Shown here piece after piece: positions 20,493-30,269 of a DNA stretch of 64,000 nt. The notes beneath the pieces are model-generated. The model ran no database searches. It saw only the letters and a program-made list of their open reading frames with translations, and had not been told where the DNA came from. Within the stretch, counting starts at the first letter, position 1; the number at the start of each line of letters is the position of its first letter. A program made the translations under genes and the position numbers. The DNA is from Nitrospinales bacterium (lineage in GTDB: Bacteria > Nitrospinota > Nitrospinia > Nitrospinales > VA-1), in contig CBDCWG010000012.1 of the NCBI GenBank assembly GCA_965223345.1, forward strand, positions 64,001 to 128,000, given 5' to 3'.

Positions 20493-22301
20493 TCAGTTTG
20501 TCAGTGCTTCGAGTTGATCCACCAGCTCGGAAAATTTTTCCAGCGCCGTGCGCACGGGCTCAGGCGAGGTCATGTCCACCCCCGCATCCTTCAGCAGTTC
20601 GATGGGATATTTGGAACCGCCGGATTTGAGAAAGTTCAGGTAATCGGCGAGCTCGACCTCGCCGCCTTCCAGCACCCGCTGCGCCAGCGCGTAGGCGGCG
20701 GAGATCCCCGTCGCGTATTTGTAGACGTAAAAGCTGAAATAAAAATGCGGGATGCGGAAGCATTCGAGAGACAGCGCTTCGTCCAGCACGACGCCGTCGC
20801 CGAAATAACGCTTGAGAAGATCCGCATACAACTGCTTGAACGACTCCACCGTCAGCGGCTTGCCGCTTTCCGCCGCCTCGTAGATGCGGTGCTCGAATTC
20901 GGCGAACATGGTCTGCCGGTACAGGGTTCCGCGGAAGTTATCGATCTCGCGGCAGAGCAGATAGACTTTCATGTCCTTGTCGATGTCCTGCCCCAGCAGG
21001 TGCCGGGTCACCAGCGCTTCGTTGAAGGTGGACGCCACTTCCGCGACGAAGATGGTGTAATCGGCGTACAGGTAAGGCTGGTTTTTGCGCGAGTAATGCG
21101 AATGCATGGAATGGCCCGCCTCGTGGGCCAGGGTGTACAGGCTGTTGATGTTGTCTTCGGTGTAATTCATCAGGATGAAGGGATGGGAATCGTAACAGCC
21201 GGATGAATACGCGCCGCTGCGCTTGCCCTTGTTTTCGTATCGGTCAACCCAGCGGTTTTCAATCAGCCCTTTTTTCAGAATCCGCACATATTCCTCACCC
21301 AAAGGTTGCAGGGCGTCCATGATTTTGTCCACCGCCTCGTTGTAGGTCATGCGCCAGTGAAAATCCGTAACGAGCGGCACGCTGAGATCGTACACGCGCA
21401 GCTCGTCGAGCTTGAGCAGACGCTTGCGGATGGCAAAATAACGGTAAAGCGGCGTGAGGTTTTCATGCACGCTCTGGATCAGGCTGTCGTAGACGTTCTC
21501 GGGAATGTTCTCGGAAAACAGCGCCTGCCCGCGCACCGATGGGAAACGCCGGGTGCGTGCGTAGAACATATCCTTTTTGATGCTGCTCGCCAGCAGCGAA
21601 GCGTAGGTGTACTGATGCGCCTGGTAGGCGGAATAAAACGTTGCGAACGTTTCCTGGCGCACCCGCCGGTCGTAGTTCTGCATCAGGCTCTGGAAATTGC
21701 CGTGGGTGATTTCGATTTCCTCGCCCTTGTCGTCTTTCACCTTGCCGAGTTTCAGGTCGGCGTTGTCGAGCATGTCGAAGCCTTCGCGGGCGGCGCGCGC
21801 CATCTCCTGCGAAGCGGCGAGCAGCGACTCTTCCTTTTCCGAAAGCGTGTGCTCGCGAAAACGCAGGATCCGCTCGATGTGGTATTTGTAGGGCGCGAGG
21901 TCCTTGGAGTCCAGCATCGCCTGCATTTTGTCTGCGGGGATCTCCATCAATTCGGATTTGATGAAGCTGCTGTGCTGGCTCACCTGCGTGTACAGCCGCA
22001 CGATCTTTTCGAAGTTGCCCTGGTTCGCGGTGTTGGTCTTGTCCTCGTCGTTGCGCAAATGCGCGAAGGTGTAAAGCCGCTCGAGCTTGCGCGAGACGTT
22101 CATGTCCAGCTCGATGCAGGCTTTGAGCGCGTCCACGGATTTTCCCAGCTTGCCCTGGTGATTGGCGTAGGCCTGCGCTTCTTTTTCCAGGTCGGAAAAT
22201 TCGGCCTGCCACATCTGGCCGGAAGCGTACAGGCCGGAAAGGTCCCACTTCGCTTCGTCGGAGACTTCTTCTCGGGTGAGCGGTTTGACTTTGGCTTCCA
22301 T
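20493..22301 (-). CDS. pepF: Oligoendopeptidase F (M3B)
   Basis: KWDLS, GKRSGAYS, TLAHEAGHSMH, AEVAST, RIPHFY..FYVYKYATG. Confidence 0.95.
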   Translation of the reverse strand: MEAKVKPLTREEVSDEAKWDLSGLYASGQMWQAEFSDLEKEAQAYANHQGKLGKSVDALKACIELDMNVSRKLERLYTFAHLRNDEDKTNTANQGNFEKIVRLYTQVSQHSSFIKSELMEIPADKMQAMLDSKDLAPYKYHIERILRFREHTLSEKEESLLAASQEMARAAREGFDMLDNADLKLGKVKDDKGEEIEITHGNFQSLMQNYDRRVRQETFATFYSAYQAHQYTYASLLASSIKKDMFYARTRRFPSVRGQALFSENIPENVYDSLIQSVHENLTPLYRYFAIRKRLLKLDELRVYDLSVPLVTDFHWRMTYNEAVDKIMDALQPLGEEYVRILKKGLIENRWVDRYENKGKRSGAYSSGCYDSHPFILMNYTEDNINSLYTLAHEAGHSMHSHYSRKNQPYLYADYTIFVAEVASTFNEALVTRHLLGQDIDKDMKVYLLCREIDNFRGTLYRQTMFAEFEHRIYEAAESGKPLTVESFKQLYADLLKRYFGDGVVLDEALSLECFRIPHFYFSFYVYKYATGISAAYALAQRVLEGGEVELADYLNFLKSGGSKYPIELLKDAGVDMTSPEPVRTALEKFSELVDQLEALTN

Positions 22302-22333
22302 AGGGTCCGGGCGGTTTCCCGACGTTGACGCGA

Positions 22334-24985
22334 TCAGGAAATGGCCTGCTGAATCGTTTGCAAATGAACCTTGAGTTTGGCTTGCTTTTCAGAAAGGGTC
22401 TGCTTTCTCTGCCGGTCCTTCTCGATGACTTCGGCGGGCGCCTTCTCGACAAAATTCGGATTGGAAAGCTTCTTATCTAAAACTATGATGTCTTTTTCTA
22501 TTTTTTTCAACTCTTTTTCGACGCGGCTTTTTTCCTCATCGAAATTCATCAAACCTTCCAATGGAACAATGAGATCCATGCCGTCCAGGATCGACGACGC
22601 CGCCACTTTCGGCTTGACGATAGACTCCCCGGCGGTGAACTGATCGACCCGGGCCAGCTCGCGGATGTATTTCACGTGGGTTGAAACGGTGGCTTCCTGC
22701 TTGGGATCACCGGTCTTGATCAGCAGGTTCAAGGTGAGCCCCGGATTGAGATTCATCTCGCCGCGGATGTTGCGCACGCCGGTGATCACGTCCATCACCA
22801 GTCCCAGCTCTTCTTCCATTTCCGCATCCCGGCGCGACGGATCGAATTCCGGGAAGGGCGCGGTCATGATGGTCTCGCCTTCCTTCGGCAGCTTCTGCCA
22901 GATCTCTTCGGTGATGAACGGCATGAACGGATGCAAGAGCCGCAGGCTGGTTTCCAGAACGTGCACGAGCACGTTCTGCGCCGTCTTTTTCTGCGGCCCT
23001 TCTTTGTACAGCGAGGATTTCGACAACTCGATGAACCAGTCACAGTACTCGTTCCAGATGAATTTGTAAACGGCGGACGCGGCGTCGTTGAATTTGAACT
23101 GCTCCAGCGCGGCGTTGACATCGCGGCAGGCGGCGTTGAGGCGGCTGAGAATCCAGCGTTCCGCCGGGCTGAGCGGCACGTCCTCGTTGAGCTTGCAGGT
23201 GCCTGTGTAATCGCCGAGGTTCATCAGCACGAAGCGGGAGGCGTTCCACAGCTTGTTGCAGAAATTGCGGTAGCCTTCGATGCGGTCTTCGGCGAGCTTG
23301 ATGTCGCGGCCCTGCGCGGCGAACGCGGCCAGCGTGAAACGCAGCGCGTCGGTGCCGTAGGCGTCCATCATGCTCAACGGATCGATGACGTTGCCCTTGG
23401 TCTTGCTCATCTTCTGGCCTTCCGCATCGCGGATCAGGGCGTGGATGTAGACGTGGCGAAACGGCACGTCGTTGCGCATCTTGAGCCCCAGCATGATCAT
23501 GCGCGCCACCCAGAAAAACAGGATGTCGAACCCGGTGCACAGCACCGACGTCGGATAAAAGCGCTTGAGCGATTCCGTCTCCTCGGGCCAGCCAAGTGTG
23601 GAAAAGGGCCAGAGGCCGGAGCTGAACCAGGTGTCGAGCACGTCGGTTTCCGGCACGAGATCCTTGCCACCACACTTGGTGCAGGCTGACGGGGTCTCGC
23701 GCGCCACGATGAGTTCGTTGCAGGCGGAGCAGGTCCACGCGGGAATCGGATGCCCCCACCAGATCTGGCGCGAAACGCACCAGTCGCGGATGTTTTCCAT
23801 CCACTCGAAATAGGTTTTTTCCCAGAACTTGGGCACGATCTCAATGGTGCCGTCTCTCACCGCCTGCATCGCCGGTTCGGCCAGCGGTTTGGTTTTCACG
23901 AACCACTGCCTGGAAAGATATGGCTCGACGACGGTGTGGCAGCGGTAGCAATGCCCCACGGAGTGCATGTGCTCTTCCACTTTTTCGAGCTGGTCGCGGG
24001 ATTTGAGATCCTCGACCACGCGCTTGCGGCATTCGAAGCGGTCGAGCCCCTTGTAGGCCTCGCCGGCCGCCTCGCTCATGGTGCCGTCGGGATTCATCAC
24101 GTTGACGGCGGGCAGGTCGTGCCGCTGGCCGATCTCAAAGTCGTTGGGATCGTGCGCGGGTGTGACCTTGAGCGCGCCGGAACCGAATTCCCTGTCCACG
24201 TAGTCGTCTTCGATGAGCGGGATCTCGCGGCCCGCCAGCGGCACGATCAGCGTTTTGCCTTTGTGCGCGGCGTGGCGCTCATCGCCGGTGCAGACGGCGA
24301 CGGCGGTGTCGCCCAGCAGCGTCTCGGGCCGGGTGGTGGCGACGACGAGGAAGAGGTCTTCGTCCTTGAACGGGTAGCGCACGTGATACAGATGGCCGCT
24401 CACATCCTTGTACTCCACTTCCAAATCGGAGAGGGCGGTCTGGCAGCGCGGGCACCAGTTGATGATGTAGTTGCCCTGATAGATCAATCCCTCTTCGTAC
24501 AATGTGACGAACACTTCGCGCACCGCTTTGGAAAGCCCGTCGTCCATCGTGAACCGTTCGCGCTCCCAGTCGAGCGAGCAGCCGAGTTTCTTGAGCTGGT
24601 TGACGATGGTGCCGCCGGATTCCTCGCGCCATTTCCACACGCGCTTGACGAATTCCTCGCGGCCGATGGCCTCGCGGTCGGTGCCCTCGGCGTGCAGCTG
24701 CCGCTCCACGACGTTCTGGGTGGCAATGCCCGCATGGTCGGTGCCCGGCTGCCACAGCGTGTTGTAGCCCTGCATGCGCCGCCAGCGGATGAGGATGTCC
24801 TGCAGCGTGTTGTTGAAGGCATGCCCCATGTGCAGGGACCCCGTGATGTTGGGCGGGGGAATGACGATGGTGTAGGGCTCGCCGTCGCGGTTTTCGTCGG
24901 CGTGCGCGAACTTGTTTTTCAGCCAGAAGGCGTTCCAGTGCTCTTCGACTTGTTTGGGATCGTATTTTTTATCCAGTTGCACCAT
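22334..24985 (-). CDS. valS: Valine--tRNA ligase
   Basis: PPPNITGSLHMGH, GTDHAGIATQ, DVLDTWFSS, KMSKTKGN, C-terminal coiled coil. Confidence 0.99.
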   Translation of the reverse strand: MVQLDKKYDPKQVEEHWNAFWLKNKFAHADENRDGEPYTIVIPPPNITGSLHMGHAFNNTLQDILIRWRRMQGYNTLWQPGTDHAGIATQNVVERQLHAEGTDREAIGREEFVKRVWKWREESGGTIVNQLKKLGCSLDWERERFTMDDGLSKAVREVFVTLYEEGLIYQGNYIINWCPRCQTALSDLEVEYKDVSGHLYHVRYPFKDEDLFLVVATTRPETLLGDTAVAVCTGDERHAAHKGKTLIVPLAGREIPLIEDDYVDREFGSGALKVTPAHDPNDFEIGQRHDLPAVNVMNPDGTMSEAAGEAYKGLDRFECRKRVVEDLKSRDQLEKVEEHMHSVGHCYRCHTVVEPYLSRQWFVKTKPLAEPAMQAVRDGTIEIVPKFWEKTYFEWMENIRDWCVSRQIWWGHPIPAWTCSACNELIVARETPSACTKCGGKDLVPETDVLDTWFSSGLWPFSTLGWPEETESLKRFYPTSVLCTGFDILFFWVARMIMLGLKMRNDVPFRHVYIHALIRDAEGQKMSKTKGNVIDPLSMMDAYGTDALRFTLAAFAAQGRDIKLAEDRIEGYRNFCNKLWNASRFVLMNLGDYTGTCKLNEDVPLSPAERWILSRLNAACRDVNAALEQFKFNDAASAVYKFIWNEYCDWFIELSKSSLYKEGPQKKTAQNVLVHVLETSLRLLHPFMPFITEEIWQKLPKEGETIMTAPFPEFDPSRRDAEMEEELGLVMDVITGVRNIRGEMNLNPGLTLNLLIKTGDPKQEATVSTHVKYIRELARVDQFTAGESIVKPKVAASSILDGMDLIVPLEGLMNFDEEKSRVEKELKKIEKDIIVLDKKLSNPNFVEKAPAEVIEKDRQRKQTLSEKQAKLKVHLQTIQQAIS

Positions 24986-25205
24986 GGTCGTTATCACACA
25001 ATCAAGGAGAGGGTCTTCCTTGCTTCCAGGTTGGTAGCATCGCTACGGGGTGTTGTTGCAAGAAACAGCGGCCGCGTCGCGGCGGCGCGTTGATCCGTTC
25101 ATCCTGCGACGCCCGGTTTCATTCCGGCGTCTGCAGCATGATTTTTTTATCGGTCTTGAATCGGAGAGGGTTTCCGTTTCTTCCCCGCGATGGGGGACAG
25201 GCGTA

Positions 25206-27209
25206 TCATGCGTCTTCCATTTTCTTGATCTTTTCGATCTCTGCCTTGATGACCGCTTCGGCGATCCCGGGGGTGATTTCTCGGACAATCTCACGCACGG
25301 AACGAACGATGGTTGCGGACAACCCAGAAATTTCCTTCTGCACGGTGGCGCCGATGGTTTGTTCCAGAACCCTGCGGACCTCCGCGTTCACCGCCTCCTT
25401 GATGCGTTCGTCTTCCATTGCGTGCGCTTCCTCCCCTTGTTGCGTGGTTGCTTCGGCCGGTTCCGGAGCCGCCGCCTCCACCGGTTCCGCGATCGGTATT
25501 TCCGTGCGAGGCGTTTCCACCGCTTGCGGACGCGGCTCTTCGGTGATCCGGGAATCTTCCTGCACGGCCGGGCGCGAAAATGCCCGCGGGCTCTCGGCGA
25601 TCGAATCGGCCTTTTTGTTTTCCGCAAGCGACGGCAGAGGATGGATCACCAGATTGCTCAGCAGATCCTCGGGCTCCGGGGCGATCGCTTCATCGAAATC
25701 CCAATCCGCGCCCTTGGATTCGTTCTCATCGTTTCCCGACAACCACGAATGCGGTCTGCGGAATGCCTCGGGGGCGGGATGAAAGACCACGTCCAGTTCA
25801 CCGGAACCTGTCTCTTCGGATTCGCCGATGCCGGACAGCATGTCCTCTTCGTCCCAGACTTTCTGCAGGGACCCGTTCTGCTCGGAAGGCAGGCCGAGAC
25901 CGATGCCGAAATCGGAATCGTTCAATTGCGGCGATTCTTCCGAACTTTCCTCAGAGGGCAACTCCAGATCCAGTGTGGGGTCGAAGTCCTCATCCTCGTA
26001 GGTTTCGGGTTCGCCCTTGATCTCCACCGATTGAAATCCGATTCCCAGCCCGGTATCCGGCTCATCCAGCATGGAGGCGGAGTATTCCTTCAGCGCGTTC
26101 ACCGCATCGATGGCTTCGTCGATGGCCTGGGACTCTGCGGAAACCGGACGCGCCGGTGCCTCGGGCTCTTCGGTTTCGCCGGCGCTTTCTTCCAGGGATT
26201 CCTCGGCCGCGTCTTCCCGCTCGTCGAAGGAAGCGGCAGGTTCCTTGTATTCTTCACGGGCGTCCTCGCGCGCGGCATTGTTTTCTCCCATTGGGACCGG
26301 AAGATCGAACTCCATGTCGTCGTCCGTGGACAACGCCACCAGCGGGTCTCCCGAACCCGCGTCGTCGTACGACAGATCCTGATAGGAAGGAGCGCTTTGC
26401 GACGGTTCGCCCCAGGGGGCCGCGTCCTGCTTTTTTTCGGATGCGAACGCGTCGCGGGAATCCTCCGGCTTTTCCTCCACCGGCTCTTCTGCAGCCGGCG
26501 TTTGCTCAGCAAGCGGGTCCGTGTCTTCGTTCAGCGCGTCGGCGGTTTCCCAGGGCGGCGGAGCGTCATCGCTTTCCATGCCCTGCCACGGCGTTGCCTC
26601 TTCGGATTCCCAGGGCTGCGCGGGTTCGGCTTTGGGCGCGTCGTCCCAGCCGGGTTCCGCAAAGGCTTTTTCGATGTCCGCCTGGATTTTAGACGTCGCG
26701 TCGCTTTCCGGTACGGCGGGCGCGGACGGTTCTTCGATCACATCGTCTGCGGAGAGCGCGAGGATCTCTTCTTCCTCATCGTCGTCGTCCCACGGTGCGT
26801 CCATCTCGCTCTGCCATTCGCCGTCGCGCAGGGTTGCAGGCGGATGCTGCAACAGCTCTTTGACCTTTTGCACGATGTCGTCGGACTTGAAGGGTTTGGA
26901 GATGTGATCGTCGGCGCGGGATTCGAGAAACAGGCCTTCGTTGAAATCTTCGAAGTCGCTGGCCAGCAACAGCACAGATACGGATTTGAACTCGTCCGAT
27001 TCCTTGATCCGGCGGCTCAACTCGAAGCCGTTGTAGCCGGGCATGTCCACATCGGCGAGCACCACATCGGGAGTGAAATTTCGCAGCTTCTCAAACGCGG
27101 CTTTTCCGTTGCCGATTCCCTCCACCACCACATCTTCGTTTTCGAAGGCCATGGCCACGATCTTTTGAATCGTGACGGAATCATCCGCAACCAGAATTTT
27201 CGATGTCAT
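25206..27209 (-). CDS. RomR-like response regulator (receiver domain, long acidic disordered linker, helical C-terminus)
   Basis: ILVADDSVTIQKIV..LADVDMP..KPF; ~480-aa D/E/P/A-rich linker; C-terminal VREIVREITPGIAEAVIKAEIEKIK; directly upstream of valS. Confidence 0.8.
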   Translation of the reverse strand: MTSKILVADDSVTIQKIVAMAFENEDVVVEGIGNGKAAFEKLRNFTPDVVLADVDMPGYNGFELSRRIKESDEFKSVSVLLLASDFEDFNEGLFLESRADDHISKPFKSDDIVQKVKELLQHPPATLRDGEWQSEMDAPWDDDDEEEEILALSADDVIEEPSAPAVPESDATSKIQADIEKAFAEPGWDDAPKAEPAQPWESEEATPWQGMESDDAPPPWETADALNEDTDPLAEQTPAAEEPVEEKPEDSRDAFASEKKQDAAPWGEPSQSAPSYQDLSYDDAGSGDPLVALSTDDDMEFDLPVPMGENNAAREDAREEYKEPAASFDEREDAAEESLEESAGETEEPEAPARPVSAESQAIDEAIDAVNALKEYSASMLDEPDTGLGIGFQSVEIKGEPETYEDEDFDPTLDLELPSEESSEESPQLNDSDFGIGLGLPSEQNGSLQKVWDEEDMLSGIGESEETGSGELDVVFHPAPEAFRRPHSWLSGNDENESKGADWDFDEAIAPEPEDLLSNLVIHPLPSLAENKKADSIAESPRAFSRPAVQEDSRITEEPRPQAVETPRTEIPIAEPVEAAAPEPAEATTQQGEEAHAMEDERIKEAVNAEVRRVLEQTIGATVQKEISGLSATIVRSVREIVREITPGIAEAVIKAEIEKIKKMEDA

Positions 27210-27640
27210 GAAACTTTATCCTTTTGGCTAACAGACCGTGCCAATGAAGAATCTCTTGAATTCAGTTCCGGCGCTGAATCTGACTTCACGTGTTGGGAGG
27301 GTAACGTGTGTAATTTCAATTTTTTATTGTAGCGTTTTTTAAATGTATCGCATATTCAGGCCGGCCACAATCAAAAAATCTCGCTGAAAACATTCCCCAT
27401 AACCGAATTTTTTGCAAAAAAAAGCAAAATTATCCGCAGTTCCATATTTGTGCGCGCCAACGGCATCTTTGTCTTTGTTTTATTTAGTGATACTATAGGT
27501 TGGCCTTATCCTTGACCTGAAACTGCGGGAGGCATGCGAAAATCATTTCCCAAGCAGGCGTTCAAACCCGGCGACCGGCCACTACCGCTTTGATCCGGCG
27601 TCGCTTAATCAATTTCCAGGCGGTCAGCGAAGCACCGTGG

Positions 27641-29566
27641 ATGCGGCGCGCAGCCTGGATACTTCTATTGCTCGCGGTTTGCATCGCGGGACGCCCGGCT
27701 GCGGCGTCCGCCGGCTACATTCAGCTGGACGGCGTCGCGGATGTCAAATCCCGCTACAGCAACGGCTGCTCCTCGATCCAGGAATCCGCCGAAATCGCCG
27801 AAAGCGCCGGCGTCGATGTGGTGATCTACAACGATCGCGCCCGCGATTCCCTGCAATATGGAATTTTTCCGCTGCACCGCATCCTGAAAAAAACCGACGT
27901 CCGCCAATCGGTGCTCAACACCAACGCCACGTTCTACCTGGCGGACATCAAGAACAAAGACGAGCAGTTTCCGAAAACCCTGTTGATCCCCGGGGTGGAC
28001 GTTTCCCCGTTTTACTACTGGTCCGGCAGCGCGATCAAAAAAACGCTCGTCGCGCACAACTGGGACAAGCGCCTTTCGGTCATCGGCCTGGAAACCGGCG
28101 AAAGCCTGGAACAGCTGCCGATCCTCAACAGCAACTTCTCCAAAAACTACACGTCGCAGTTTCAAAATGCCACCATCGGCTTCGGGTTTCTCCTGCTCGT
28201 CGCCGTGGCGCTGGTGGTCAAAGGCTACTACCGGAAATACGTTTACCCGGTGATCGCCCTGCTGGTTCTGCTCATGATCAACTACCACCCGTTCCGCAGC
28301 TCGCCCTACGATCAATACAGCGGCGATCAGGGGATCGGCCCCTATCAGGAACTGATCGATTACGTCACATCGAAAGGCGGAATGGTGTTCTGGAACGACC
28401 TGGAAGCGACCGAGGGAAACCGCGAGCTGGGCGGCGTGAAACTGGAAACGCGCGCGCATCCGGAAGACCTGGTGATGGCGCGCAATTACACGGGCTTCCA
28501 GGCGGTGGGCGAAGAACCCGTCGCCGTCACCGACCCGGGAAACATCTGGGATCACGTGCTCATGCAGTACCTGCGCGGCGAACGCGCGCATGCGGTGTGG
28601 GGCTACGGCGCGAGCAACTATCAATGCAACGGGGAAAGCGGCCCGGCGCTCGGCGCCATCCGCACCGTCTTTCTGGTGCGGGAAAACAAAAAGGAAGCGG
28701 TGATGCAGGCGATGAAAACGGGGAGGATGTATGCGGTGCGGCAGCCCGGCAAGCACCGCCTTTCACTGGATCAGTTCGTGGTGCGGGACAAGGCGTCCGG
28801 ACGCGAAGCCACGATGGGGGAAGAACTCACCTCCATCGACAGCCCAGAGATCGCGATGAAGATCCGGTCCACCGGGGAACCGGGGCAGCGGGCGAAGATC
28901 TTTCTCATCCGCAACGGCAAGCTCATCAAACGCGAATCGGTGACGCTGCCTTACGAACTCACCTGGACCGACAACAAGGTCGATATGAGTGAGCCGGTTT
29001 ATTACCGGGTCAACGCCAAAGTCAGTTCGGTGGATCATCTGGTTTCCAATCCGGTTTTCGTGCGCTTCGGCAAAATCCCGCCGGATATCGCATCGCTTCC
29101 CACCTCAGAGAATCCCGGTACGGGCGTGCAGCCGCCGGTGCGTCCGGTCCTCGCCACTCCGGAGTCGCCCGCGCCCCCGGCTGCTAAACCCCCGCCGGCG
29201 CCGGAAAACGCGCCGCCCGCAACACCGCCGCAAGTCGAGGTGGCGGCGGTTCCCAAGGCAAAGAAACCCGCCCCCACACCCGCCCCCGCAGCGCCTGCGG
29301 TGGAGACGGCCAAAGCGCCCGCCGGTCCCGCAGAGCCGGTGGTCACCGCGGCAACGGGACAAACGCTGCGCGTGCGGATCGACGGCGTGCCCCTGAAAAA
29401 AGGGCCCGGCGCGGTGTTTCCGGTATGGAAAAAGGTGAACAAGGGCGACCGGCTGAACCTGGTGCGGCGCACTTCGGTGGTGTTTCACGACAAGGTGTGG
29501 CTGGTCGTCGAATGGGAAGGGGAAAAAGCCTACGTGTGGGAAGGTCTGGTGGAGCTGGAACCCTGA
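27641..29566 (+). CDS. Exported/membrane protein: degenerate PHP-like domain, Ig-like region, Pro/Ala linker, C-terminal SH3-like domain
   Basis: Signal peptide; GVADVKSRYSNG..AESAGVDVVIYND; two internal TMs; A.K.GRMY; YYRV..LVSNPVF; PAPA linker; VPLKKGPG....WL.V...G.KAYVW. Confidence 0.7.
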   Translation: MRRAAWILLLLAVCIAGRPAAASAGYIQLDGVADVKSRYSNGCSSIQESAEIAESAGVDVVIYNDRARDSLQYGIFPLHRILKKTDVRQSVLNTNATFYLADIKNKDEQFPKTLLIPGVDVSPFYYWSGSAIKKTLVAHNWDKRLSVIGLETGESLEQLPILNSNFSKNYTSQFQNATIGFGFLLLVAVALVVKGYYRKYVYPVIALLVLLMINYHPFRSSPYDQYSGDQGIGPYQELIDYVTSKGGMVFWNDLEATEGNRELGGVKLETRAHPEDLVMARNYTGFQAVGEEPVAVTDPGNIWDHVLMQYLRGERAHAVWGYGASNYQCNGESGPALGAIRTVFLVRENKKEAVMQAMKTGRMYAVRQPGKHRLSLDQFVVRDKASGREATMGEELTSIDSPEIAMKIRSTGEPGQRAKIFLIRNGKLIKRESVTLPYELTWTDNKVDMSEPVYYRVNAKVSSVDHLVSNPVFVRFGKIPPDIASLPTSENPGTGVQPPVRPVLATPESPAPPAAKPPPAPENAPPATPPQVEVAAVPKAKKPAPTPAPAAPAVETAKAPAGPAEPVVTAATGQTLRVRIDGVPLKKGPGAVFPVWKKVNKGDRLNLVRRTSVVFHDKVWLVVEWEGEKAYVWEGLVELEP

Positions 29567-29641
29567 GCCTCTCTATAAAGCAACACTCCGAGCTTCAAGC
29601 CCCTCTATAAATCCTCAAGTCAACCCGAGAAGATTGCGGTC

Positions 29642-30196
29642 TCAGCGGTAGGCGTTGACGTTATTGCCTTTGTCCATGCGGTACAGGTACATGTTTTTGC
29701 CGGAGTCGATCTTATCCGGCGTCATGTGCCGCAGGCAGAAGCGGTAGGAGACCACGCGCGCGCCGGGTTTCAGTTTCGATGTGAACGCCGGCAACAGCTT
29801 GTCCATCGCCTGATGGGTGAGGTACACGTACACCACGTCCGCTTCCTTGAGATCGACCTTGAAAAAGTTCTTCCGCAAAAAGCGCACCTGCTCAGAGACG
29901 CCCGCCCGTTTCGCCAACCAGCGCGCGATCCACACCTTCAACGGATCGATGTCGATGCCCACACCCAGGGCTCCGTGGTTGCGCGCCGCGGCGATCAACA
30001 CCCGTCCGTCGCCGGATCCCAGATCGTAGAGGGTCTCGCCCGCCTGGATTTCAGCGAAATTCAGGATATGGTTGATCCGCCGCGATGCGAGGGGGGCCCA
30101 GGGCGATCCCCAGATCGCGGGGAGCAGCACGGTGCCCGCAATGAGCAGAACGACAGCGAGAAAGAGGGTGGAGGCGAAGGTCGGAATCATCGGCAT
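29642..30196 (-). CDS. Membrane-anchored class I SAM-dependent methyltransferase (FAM173/aKMT-like)
   Basis: N-terminal TM; PWAP; YDLGSGDGR, GIDID, ADVVYVYL, LKPGARVVS. Confidence 0.85.
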   Translation of the reverse strand: MPMIPTFASTLFLAVVLLIAGTVLLPAIWGSPWAPLASRRINHILNFAEIQAGETLYDLGSGDGRVLIAAARNHGALGVGIDIDPLKVWIARWLAKRAGVSEQVRFLRKNFFKVDLKEADVVYVYLTHQAMDKLLPAFTSKLKPGARVVSYRFCLRHMTPDKIDSGKNMYLYRMDKGNNVNAYR

Positions 30197-30269
30197 GAAC
30201 TCTCAGTGGTCTTGCACGGGTACGGTTGATGTTTGAACGCAGATCACCGGCCTGTCCCACGGGCGCCGG

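Noticed and set aside
25050..27332. 760-aa plus-strand Phe/Arg/Leu-rich ORF
   Set aside because: Antisense mirror of the acidic RomR-like gene (GAA/GAG codons read as TTC/CTC).
27408..27423. TTTTTTGCAAAAAA palindrome in an AT-rich intergenic region
   Set aside because: Low-complexity homopolymer symmetry with no second copy seen; cannot be supported as a binding site.
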